Positions 11,765 through 22,261 of a stretch of 64,000 nt of DNA are shown in pieces. Both the position numbers and the translations under genes were made by a program. Every line of letters begins with the position of its first letter. The stretch's first letter is position 1. The notes under the pieces were generated by a model. That model was not told the DNA's origin. It saw nothing but the letters and a program-made list of their open reading frames with translations, and did not search any database. The stretch covers positions 247,442,001-247,506,000 of the forward strand of contig NC_067403.1 of assembly GCF_016432865.1 (NCBI RefSeq), given 5' to 3'. The DNA comes from Antechinus flavipes (taxonomy: Eukaryota).

Positions 11765-12279
11765 CGCACTGACCGCTCTGCCTCTGCCGCCACCGCCACC
11801 GCCGCTGCTACCGCCACCGCCACCGCTGCTGCTGCCGCCTCCGCCCACTCGGAGTCTGGCACCGCCGCGGCCTCTCATTGGGCAACTTTCTCTCGCAGCA
11901 CCGCCCTCCTCTTCCTAGAGCTTCTATTTATTGGATGAGTCTGGCTTCACCGACCGCTGAACTTCCGTCGCTCTAAGATGACACAGAGGAAATGGAGGTC
12001 GGTGACCAGAGACCGTCTATCTCCCGCCCACCCCGTTCACTGCATCCAATCAGAGAGGCAAGCCGTGAGAGGCCAGCCTTTCAGAAAAGCCGTTCTTTCC
12101 GTCGTGTCCAATCACAATTCAGCTCCCGGCGCAGGCTCCGGAGCGACAAAGACGCTGTCCAATCGGGAAGCCCAGATGGCAGGAGGTTGAGGGACACATT
12201 CGGTGTCCGGCAAGTACTTTGGCTGAGCAGCTCCGACGGCTGAGACTGCGGCGGTATCCGCGGCTTCAGGGCAGGGAAG
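11765..12279. promoter_or_regulatory. MED19/TMX2 bidirectional CpG-island promoter
   Basis: Head-to-head ATGs 515 bp apart. ATTGG at 11877 and 11930 face MED19; CCAAT at 12046, 12108 and 12159 face TMX2; ETS acttccg at 11961; YY1 AAGATGGCGG overlaps the TMX2 ATG. Confidence 0.9.
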
Positions 12280-12468
12280 ATGGCGGTGTTGGCTCCGCTG
12301 CTGGCGCTGCTGTACTCCGTGCCGCGGCTCTCGCGGTGGCTGGCCAAGCCGTACTACCTGCTGTCGGCCTTACTGTCGGTCTCCTTCCTGCTGGTGAGGA
12401 AGCTGCCGCCGGTCTGCCTCGGTCTCCCCACGCAGCGCGAGGACGGCAACCCCTGCGACTTTGACTGG
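12280..12468 (+). CDS. TMX2: TMX2 exon 1 (signal/TM region)
   Basis: [29 protein letters not shown]...DGNPCDFDW, donor GTGAGC; 189 nt. Confidence 0.97.
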
Positions 12469-15400
12469 GTGAGCGGAAGAGGTGGCTCCGGGTCACCGAA
12501 GGGCAGGGTGGGAACGGCTGGCCGGAGCTCGAGGGCGTAACTAGGGCCGGGTGGCAGGAGCGGTGACCCCAGGCCGCTCAGAGTTAGAAAGGTGCGGGGA
12601 GAGTTGCGGAATGGAGCCCTGCTCGGCCAGCTTCTCCCAGCGTGACCTTGGGCTCCTCGATTCATCCCACTGGGCCTCGATGGCCCCAGCTTCGAATCTC
12701 CTGTGCTGTAAGATGGCCCTTGTGGAAATGGTCGAAAGGAAATCGCATCCCCCAGTTTTTCCTCTTTGAGGCCTGAGTACTTAACCGTCCTCCAGGTCCG
12801 TAGCCCTTGCCTTCCCGAAACTTACCCAGTGTGGGGAGTGGAGTCCTGGCAGTCCCTCGAAGGCCTAGGGGATAGCCTGGGGTTATGGGAAGGGACTCGT
12901 CCCATTGGGAGGGTGGGAGGGCTAGGATCCGCACAGAAGACTGCACCTCCTTTTGCTCATGTCATATATGTCAGTTTTTAATGAACAGAAATCTATTGTC
13001 TCTCCCACCCTTTCTCATTCAAAGTTAGTTTCAGTTTTAGCTTTGTCTAAAAGAGATCTCCCCGGCACGGAGGGAGAGCGTTGGCAAGTAGCCTGCTTTT
13101 TAGTCCTGGGACTCTTGGTTGGCCATTTAGTCACTGTTTTTAGTCTCTTAAGAGTTGTTTTAGCTTTTCATGGATCAGCCTATTATATACTCAAACCCTC
13201 CTCCTTCCCTCTTCAGCTATTATGTTCATCTGTTATTTTCCCCATCCTCCTTTCATTTTTCAGCCAGCCCAAATTCTGGCCCAGCCCGAGACCCAGACCC
13301 ACCCTGAACAAGAATTGGAAGGGTAGCTAAGGATTTGTCACGTCTAATTCTTTCATTTACAGATAGCAAAATTCAGGCATACAAAGAGTAAGGAACGTGA
13401 CAAATGTCACGGATGGAACACGTGCCTTTGGAAGTCCAAGGTTCTTTCTTGCATATCATGTTACACCAAGTGTCTGTTGTGTGTATAGCATTGTCCCATT
13501 CTAAAGGAAATAGAGAATAATAAGGCCTTCTAGGAGACCTATCTAGGAGGATAGAATAAAAATAAATTATAACACCTTCCTCCCATTTCTGTTGTAATTA
13601 GTTTTTTTTTTTTTCCCAAACAACTTTCATATAAGACCCAAAGGTGGATTCTTGCTTTTCTGGGACTTCAAGTCTCACAGAAGTGAATACATGACATTTC
13701 TCCTCTCCACCTCTTGTCTTTGCTTCCATAGGCCAGGACCTCAGTTCTAGTTTCTTTGTCAACCTGAATTTCCTGAAAAGTTTTTCTGCTTCTGTTCTTC
13801 TTTCCGTAGAGCCCTTGTGCCTTTATATTTGCCTAGAAGTCGAGTTATGTAATGCCATACTGGAAAATCTTTTCTTTACATTAAATTTCGTTTATCTCAT
13901 TCTTCATTGAGTCTCATATCTGTCACGATGTTGATAGTATGTTTCATCAGGAGAATTTGGAATTGTGCTTTGTCAGTGCATTGATCATAATTCCTAGGTC
14001 TTTCAGTTATTTATCTTTCCAATAACACTTTTATTGCATAAATCTTTTTATTGGTTCTGTTTACTTTTCTCTGCATCAATCCATACAAGTACTTCCTAAT
14101 TTTCTCTGAAACTGTCATAATTATTGTCATCTTATTGCAGCACACTAGCATTCTCTCAGATTGATGTGGCATCAGTTGTTGAGCCATTCCTCAGCTCTTC
14201 ACTCATTCACTTGACAGTTCTTTGCTATGGCAAAAAACGTTGCTATAAAGGTTTTGCATATATGCGTCCTTTTCCTCTTATCTCCCAGCAAGAAATAGTG
14301 GTATTGTTAAGTTAGAGTGTATATAAGAACAGCTCTATGGGCAAAGTTCTGAATAACTTTCCAGAGTGACTGGACCAGTTCAGAGTTTCCTCAACAGTGT
14401 GTTTTGCCTGTTAATTCATAAGCCTAGAGCATTTGTTGTTTCCCTTTTCTGGTCATTTTTGCCAATCTGATGAATGTCAGGTAGAACCTCTGAGTTATTT
14501 TAATTTTCATTTCTCTAATTATTAGTGGTTTGGAATATTTTTTTTCATACAACTATTGCTAGCTGAGTGATAGCACTATTTGTTGTGTGAGGAATCTGTT
14601 CTCTCCATGCCTTACAAATGAGACCTTTATCAGCCTTCTGCTGTCTTCTGTTACTCTCCATCCAGTTATGCTTTACTCTAACCAAACTTGCTGTTCTTCC
14701 TATGGCACACGTTGCTCTGTTCTCATAACTAGAGTGTTCTCCCTCTTCCCTCTGCTCCCTGAATTTCCTACTCGTTTAAAGATCAACTTTGTTGCTATCT
14801 CCTTCAGAAACCCATCCCAGAAGATTCACCCCCTGTTCTTTAACTCCACCCCCACTTCTGTCCTTGTAATTCAGATAGAATTCTGTTTTGTATGCAGGCA
14901 TATAAGATCAGTGTGACCTCAGGCACTCAGGTAATTTTGTCCCTCCTGGACTGTTTCCTCAGCTGAGGAGAGCTTCTTTTCCTTCCCCAGACTTTATCCT
15001 CCTGCCCCACAAAGCATTTGGAGGTCTGGAAGATCATTTAGGTAAACTTTTTTAGCTCCTCCACTCCTCCTCACAGCCACTTAATGAGTGTTTGGTTTTT
15101 GTGGCCTTCAACAGGCCACAGAGGTAAAATGTCTCTGTAAAATAAGAGGAGTGTGCTCTATCTGTATCTAATGGGTGAGGTCCTCCCTAGTGACAGTAAA
15201 ATTCTGAGTGTGAGTGATTTTCCCCTTTCTCCTTACTTCACCCATGCCCCTCTCTTGGTCTCTCCAACCTCAGGCTGATAATAGCACATAGTAGGCACAT
15301 AACAAAGGACTGACTGAGATGGATATCACCTCTAATTTCTGCATAAGACTCACCAGAGTTTATTCAGTTTGCTTTTCATTGATTATGGAGAATTGAGGTA

Positions 15401-16238
15401 GAAAATCCAGATTTCAGATGCATCCCAAAGTTATGCCTTTTTTATGTTCTTCATGTTGGTTGGGGTCATTTGCTTCCCTTTGTGCTACATAAGGATGGAA
15501 TCGGGGGAAATGACTGGGCTGCTGCTGACAGTGGTATTCCTAAAAGAGACAGGCTGAGAAAGTTGCCATGGATAAATTCTTATTCCTAAAGAGAGAATAA
15601 TTTGGTTACCTGTAATGAAATATAATCATGTTTTAGGACAAAAGCATCTTTTCCAGAATTCATCCTGCTTATGATGATTGATGTTCACCCCATTTAGGGA
15701 ACTATTGTTTCCAAATTGGTGGCTTTTTGCTGGACTAAAGGCCTCCCTCTGTACAGAAAATTGTTAAGCACTTTTTTGTTGAGATGGCATTGACTTGGGC
15801 TTCATAAGCATGAATAGTTTCATGATCTCCCAATACTTTGACACATTAGTCTGTAAACAAAATGATCCCTCATCATCACCACCCTTCCCTTCCCCCTAAT
15901 GTATCCCCTCCTTACAAGTAGTAACCCAAGGGGGATATAACATGAAACTGGCAAACCCTGTGTGGCTGTCAGAGGAAAAGGTACGCCTTGTCTTTGAAGA
16001 CTTACATAGTGTTACTCTGCATGAGGGAGAAAGGTATTTTGGTTTAAATGTGTATCAGAATTCAATGGAAAGTCCCAGCACTTCATTGTGTCGGCTTTTC
16101 TGCCACTTGGCGACCGTTTCCCAGTTCTCCATGTATCCTATGCCTGCTGCCGCCATCTTCACTAGATCTCCTGGCTTGCTGCCGTGTGTGTGTCTCTGCC
16201 TTGGTTTTTCACGTACAGTCACTGTGATTCTCTTGCAG

Positions 16239-16299
16239 AGGGAAGTGGAGATCTTAATGTTTCTCAGTGCCATTGTAATGATGAAGAACCGGAGATCAA
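16239..16299 (+). CDS. TMX2: TMX2 exon 2
   Basis: tcttgcag|AGG GAA GTG: REVEILMFLSAIVMMKNRRS, donor GTGAGT. Confidence 0.96.
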
Positions 16300-16573
16300 G
16301 TGAGTGTGCCCCCTTGCTCCTCATCCTCTCTGCAAAGCCCAGTTGTGAGAAGTGCACACGTACTTCTTGGAACTTTGGGGATATTGTTAGCTGAAGTATC
16401 TGCCTCCTGAGACATTTGGGAAGATCCAGTGGTTTCATTGTGGGTCAAGAGCTTTTCTGACTAGGATCCATAGTGGTTTTAGCTGGTGTTCTTATGTGAT
16501 TTCCTTTTCTTCAAAGAAAGAATATTGTTTTGTGGGGTGGAACCAGACTAGTGGGCCTGAGGTCTTAGGATAG

Positions 16574-16816
<243 letters not shown>

Positions 16817-16952
16817 TGATTGGCTTTAGGTTGGGCATTGACTAGACTCTGGGACCTAGTCCTCATCCAACACGAGACTCCACATTCTTTTCCCCAACTC
16901 TTTGTTGCTCTCATTTGACTTAAAATTCAGCAGTAAAGGAAAATGCACATGA

Positions 16953-17153
<201 letters not shown>

Positions 17154-17320
17154 TGAAAGAGGGATAAGGGATGTTATTGAGATGGAGGAGGGCAAGTGTT
17201 TGGTTCCGTTTTTGCTAGGAGGAACAACTGTGCTTAGGAATTTGTATCATTGCATCAGGAATGTCGTGTGGTTGTGTGTTTGTATGCTGAAAAGGTGAAG
17301 AACTAGATTCTAGGGGCTGA

Positions 17321-17485
<165 letters not shown>

Positions 17486-17675
17486 TGAGTAGCACACCAC
17501 AAGAGACAATGGAAACTTGCCCCCTCACTGTTTTTCAGTTTTTTTGATGCATGGACTGCTCCATCCAGAACCCCTGAATAGGCTCTCCCTGCCATTTGTC
17601 ACCAATCTTCCTTCTCTGGAGTCTGTTTCTTTATGGCCTGTTCAGTATGTTTTAATGTTCATATCTCCCTGCCAG

Positions 17676-17741
17676 GTACAATTGTACAGGGCTGAATTTT
17701 GGGAAAGTGGACGTTGGACGCTATCCTGATGTCAGTACACG
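17676..17741 (+). CDS. TMX2: TMX2 exon 6
   Basis: [21 protein letters not shown](R), donor GTATGT. Confidence 0.96.
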
Positions 17742-17792
17742 GTATGTGGTTTCCTAAGCAACAGAATGAACAGGTGCATGCTTGGAGATTGA

Positions 17793-17972
<180 letters not shown>

Positions 17973-18670
17973 TGAGAAATGCTGGAGGAAAGAGTATCTC
18001 CTCCTCTCTTTTAATGTCTAAGAACACAAGGAGGAGAGGGGGGAAGTTAAAGCCTCTCTCATTTCTCACAACTTAAACAATCTAGAACAGTTTTGAAAGC
18101 TTGTCTCCTTAAGCAGGATCCAAATACAAGGGATACCCAGTTACCCAGCAGAGAGGTTCTTGACTTTATCTATGTGAGCTATAAAAAGTCTGAGTGACAT
18201 TGTTTTCTGGGAAATTATTTTATTAATGATGCAAGCAGATAATTAACAGTAGGGATCAGTGGCATTTTCAAATGCCAGAGACCTCATGGAACCGGCTCTA
18301 GACTTGATATGCCCTTGGGAAAGACTGGGTGTTCCAGAAGGTGGCAATTAGCTCTTATTGGTAAACAATGAGAATAATGAGTAGACTCATTCTAATGAAG
18401 AGCTTTACACTAAACCCCAAAGTGGGGTCATCTAGACAGGGTCTACCTCCTATCCTAGCCTGAGTAGAACCCTGTGGGCTTTCCCCCCAGAGGGTCTGAA
18501 CTAAATTGGAGATGTTAATACAATCTCTATTTGTAGTCTCCTTCAGATTCTGACCTGACCACTGAGGGATGAGAGGAAGGGAAAAAACCCTGGATCTCCC
18601 CAATAATTGGTTATTTAATCATCTTTTCTCATTTAATCTGAATCGGTTTGTGTCTGCCTGCTTTCCATAG

Positions 18671-18817
18671 GAGAACGTGATCCGGGAATTCAGCCTGAAT
18701 GAGCTCTACCAACGTGCCAAGAAACAGACCAAGACCCGAGATGTGATCCCCGAGGAGCCACCCGAGGCTGCAGCTCCTCACAACCAGCCGGCTGAGGAAA
18801 GCAAGAAGGAGAAATAG
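18671..18817 (+). CDS. TMX2: TMX2 exon 8, ending in KKEK ER-retrieval motif
   Basis: ttccatag|GAG AAC GTG: [18 protein letters not shown]...EESKKEK*, TAG at 18815-18817. Total 891 nt = 296 aa + stop. Confidence 0.96.
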   Translation, partial: ENVIREFSLNELYQRAKKQTKTRDVIPEEPPEAAAPHNQPAEESKKEK

Positions 18818-19315
18818 GAGCTCTGCTCTTCCTTTTCCAGAGGGCCCTCTTCCTTTTTCCTGGTTTGCCTTTTCAGGTCCTGTCCTTAGTAATAAGGGAC
18901 TTCATAACCTGCTGCCTTTTAGTATTTATATTTATTCCTTATTTGGAATAGACCTGGAACCAGGCCCAAGGCTGTCGGGGGAGGAATTAACAAGGCAGAC
19001 AAAAGAATGTCTTTTGTGGCCAAGCTTCTCCTCCCATTTCACCAAAGGGGAAAAAAAATCAATTCCTTATCTTGGAAGGAGAAAGTTTACTTCTGAATGT
19101 GAACATTTTTATACTGACTGGAGGCCTGGAAAAACAGAGAATGGGTTAATCCAGAAGTCACATTTACTTTCCTGTGGTCTCACACAGGTTTCAGCTTAGA
19201 GGCCTCACTAACATCTTCAGGATCGTTGACTTCAGTTCACTTAGGTCTTTCTGACCTTCTTTATTACTATTTAACATTGAGTAAAGAGTTTAAACTTAAC
19301 TCTGATTTGGGTACT

Positions 19316-19321
19316 AATAAA
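19316..19321 (+). terminator. TMX2: Candidate TMX2 polyadenylation signal (second at 19542-19547)
   Basis: AATAAA about 500 nt after the stop. Confidence 0.55.
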
Positions 19322-19779
19322 ATTCATTTACAACAGGTCTGCTCTAGAGGAGTGTGGAAAGATGGGGTGCAAGTTGCTTTAAAGAGCAGTAGTTAATTTC
19401 AACACTCCATTCATCTGAGTCAAAGAAAACCTTTAGAATGCCGCTTGTGTATTGGGGACTGGAGAAAGGCTGGGGTGGGGAATGGGGTTCTTCTGTTTTA
19501 TCAACTTTGTTTCTCTGTGCCCTGCACTCCAAAATTGAGCAAATAAATATCTAAAAAAAGACTTCAAATACGGAGTGTCTGGTCCCGCGGGGCAGATTCC
19601 TATTTTGCCCGGGTCTGAACGGGCCTTTCTCTGGGTGAGATTCCATCTTCCCAAACCTCATGGTGTGGCATTGAGTTGATCAGAGTTCTAAGGGCTCTCA
19701 AAGCCTTTTCTCCCAAATCTCTTTGCATGGATCGTTTCAAAGTCCCCTTGCGCTGTTGTAGGGGCTGCCCTCCTGGCCT

Positions 19780-20851
19780 GCCTCACCATTTCTGGGGACC
19801 AAACAGCATCCCCATTACCTTGGAAGGCCGCAGTTTGGTCGGCCACCCGCCCCGCGCCCCCGGACCCGTCTGATGGGCTGAGCGTCTGCTTTGCATTTTT
19901 TTCATTAAAGATTTAATTTGGAACCTCTGGCTTCGTTGTGGGTAACTCGGGGCTTTGAACATCCCGCGCTTTGGCCTGTGTTTGGTGGGGGCATGGTTTT
20001 CGATACCGGCTTCGGGGAACTGGTGCCGAAGACTCGCCCCCGGAAGTGTTTTCCACTCGCTTTCTTCCACTAGATGTGTTTAATTTTACGCCCTCAGAAG
20101 TGCGGCCGACTCTGCTGCTGCCTTCTGGTCCGGCAGCTCTTTCCGCGATTGCTCCTCTCCTAGCTTCGGGACCGAACTTGAGGCGCCCCACGTTGGGGGG
20201 GGGGGGGTATTGAACCTGGGCGGCCCGGCGCAGCAAACCCTAACCCTGGCCGGGTGACCCTGGGCTAGGCACCGCGCCCGGGGCGTGGCTCACTTTCTTC
20301 ATCCGTAGCAATGAGCCAGAAAAGGAAATGGCCAATTGCCGCAGGAGGCCATTCGGGACGCCCAGGTCCTGGGTTTCTGATTACGGACCAGCCCTCCCAC
20401 TCCTATCAGCTCCTCCTCCGAGGAGTGCGAGGTGGGGCGGGCACCCCCACTGGGGAGGCTGAAGTGTGGAAGGGAGGCAGGGAGGGAGGGGCCTGGCCGT
20501 CGGCGGAAGGGGACATCTGCGAGAGTGGGGCGATGTACACAGGGTCATACCATTTAGAGAAGGAAGGGAAAGGTTTAGGCTCCCCGGGCTGGTGGACGGG
20601 CAGAACTTGACCCTCCCGCGTCTTCTCCAGAGCGCAGAAGACGGCTGTGTCGTGGCAGACACCTGGCATCTTTCTCCAGCTGCCCCCTCTCCCTCCCCCC
20701 GCGCTCTGGCGCCGGTGGTTGCATCCGGACGTCCCGCCTCCCACGTTGGGGCAGGCGGGACCAGACTCCGCACATCGCTGAATCTCGCGGAACTCGGCAG
20801 CGCGGGCATTCTGGCCGGCTAATCTACACGTGCCTTGTCCCCACGCGTGCC
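19780..20851 (+). promoter_or_regulatory. SELENOH: SELENOH CpG-island promoter / 5' region
   Basis: CpG-dense; ETS cggaagtg at 20041; CCAAT near 20333; GC boxes; lies directly upstream of the ATG. Confidence 0.75.
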
Positions 20852-20967
20852 ATGGCTCCTCGCGGGAGGAAGCGCAAGGCAGCTGAGGAGGAAGCCGAGA
20901 AGCCGGAGAAGCTGGCCCAGGGTGATGATGCGGGCTCGGGAGAGGCCCGCGTGGTCATTGAGCACTG
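20852..20967 (+). CDS. SELENOH: SELENOH coding exon 1 (basic nucleolar-targeting GRKRK)
   Basis: MAPRGRKRKAAEEEAEKPEKLAQGDDAGSGEARVVIEH + TG, donor GTGCGG. Confidence 0.95.
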
Positions 20968-21059
20968 GTGCGGCGCGGGATGGGGATGCGGGAGGAGGGG
21001 GGCTCCCGGGGTGGGAAAGGGCTCGTCCTCCGGCTCACGGCCCCCTCCCTTCTCCACAG

Positions 21060-21205
21060 CCAGAGCTGACGCGTGTACGCGCGCCACGCCGAGGCCGTGG
21101 GTCAGGCGCTGCGACTGGCCCGCCCGGAGCTGCAGGTGCTGTTGAACCCCACCAAGCCCCGGCGGAGCAGCTTCGAAGTGACGCTGCAGCGCCCCGACGG
21201 CAGCC
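21060..21205 (+). CDS. SELENOH: SELENOH coding exon 2 with in-frame TGA = selenocysteine (CQSU)
   Basis: tctccacag|C CAG AGC TGA CGC GTG TAC: (C)QSURVYARHAEAVGQALRLARPELQVLLNPTKPRRSSFEVTLQRPDGS; TGA at 21067-21069; homology continues past it. Confidence 0.95.
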
Positions 21206-21298
21206 GTGAGTGCGGGCCCTGCCTGGGAGGGTGAGGGAGGCGGCGCCGAGCTCCCCTGCCCCTCCCCCCACCGTGACCCTTTTCCGTTCTTGTCCTAG

Positions 21299-21399
21299 GG
21301 GTGGAGCTCTGGACCGGGATTAAGAAGGGCCCTCCTCGAAAACTTAAATTTCCTGAGCCGGGGCAGGTGGTGGAGGAGCTGAAGACCCAGCTGGCTTAG
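21299..21399 (+). CDS. SELENOH: SELENOH coding exon 3
   Basis: tgtcctag|GG GTG: (R)VELWTGIKKGPPRKLKFPEPGQVVEELKTQLA*, TAG at 21397-21399. Total 363 nt = 120 aa + stop. Confidence 0.95.
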
Positions 21400-21529
21400 A
21401 CGAGGCCCGAGCGGGGCTAACCACGACAGGGTTGTTCCCGGGGTAGGACGGAGCCAGGAATACCCCGGCCCCCCCTTTCTTCCTCCCCCCTCCCTTTTCC
21501 TCTTGCTTGCAGCCCTGTGCCCTGGGGCA

Positions 21530-21590
21530 TTGGCAGCATCCATGACGGACCGTGACCAAAGCACCAGTCACGTTCCTGAAGCTACAGCTC
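21530..21590 (+). promoter_or_regulatory. SELENOH: SECIS element of SELENOH
   Basis: ATGA at 21542-21545; helix cggaccgtgac/gtcacgttcct; apical AAA at 21558-21560; TGAA at 21577-21580 completes the non-Watson-Crick quartet. Confidence 0.92.
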
Positions 21591-21650
21591 CTTCCTCAGG
21601 GGCAGCTGCAGGGGCCCCCTCTCCCCCGCTTCCCATGCTGTACAACGGCT

Positions 21651-21656
21651 AATAAA
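21651..21656 (+). terminator. SELENOH: SELENOH polyadenylation signal
   Basis: AATAAA about 70 nt after the SECIS. Confidence 0.8.
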
Positions 21657-21690
21657 GGTTGGGGTACCGCATAGCCTTGTTCTGCGTCTA

Positions 21691-21696
21691 TTTATT
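21691..21696 (-). terminator. BTBD18: Candidate BTBD18 polyadenylation signal (alternative at 21783-21788)
   Basis: TTTATT on plus = AATAAA on minus, 470-570 nt after the BTBD18 stop. Confidence 0.6.
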
Positions 21697-22261
21697 GGGG
21701 CAGCCGCGAACGCCCCGTGCATCTGGCCATGTGCGACACCGGCCCAGAGACCCATACTAGGTGTACTGGAGACTGAAAGGCGTTTATTGATTGCGCAGTG
21801 CGTGCCTCTCAGAGCCTCTGGACAGCCCAAGGGCCCGAGGGAACCCGACAGCAGGGGAAGACGCCTGGGTTCCTCCTTTCCCGCTCTGTTGGACTGAGCA
21901 TAGGCTCCTTCCCCCTGTGCTTGAGCCAAGCTGTCCCCAGGGGGGACCCTCCCAATCCTTGGTGTTACTGGCATAACAGGCTCTGGGTCCCACTTACTTC
22001 CAAGTCAGGGCAGGGCCCTCGCGGCAAAATTTACAACAATTCCCCCCACCCCCCCTCAAAATCAACGGCAGCGCCCCTTAATCAGCCAGGACCCACTCCC
22101 TACCCTGTGTCTGATCTACAGAACCAAAGACAGAGGGGCAAGGAGTGAGTCCCTCCCCAGGAGGAAGCCCCTGGTGGCCCTGCCCCAGGATGGCGATTCC
22201 TCTGCTGCCACTGGAGCTCCCGCTGCCTCAGCGAACAACTTTCAGCCACCCCAGACACAGC

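Noticed and set aside
11456-11938. Overlapping poly-Ala/Gly/Arg ORFs
   Set aside because: Alternative frames of GC-rich MED19 exon 1 and its repeat; only the in-frame extension was kept as a finding.
15942-16238. ATG-initiated 99-codon open frame leading into TMX2 exon 2
   Set aside because: No recognisable protein features or promoter; a strong acceptor at 16238 explains the exon.
20195-20207. G13 homopolymer and other G-runs
   Set aside because: Common in GC-rich DNA and prone to assembly error; no specific functional evidence.
20970-21145. ORF-track continuation of SELENOH exon 1 (W-C-G-A...)
   Set aside because: Reads through intron 1 and shifts frame; the spliced CxxU frame is the homologous one.
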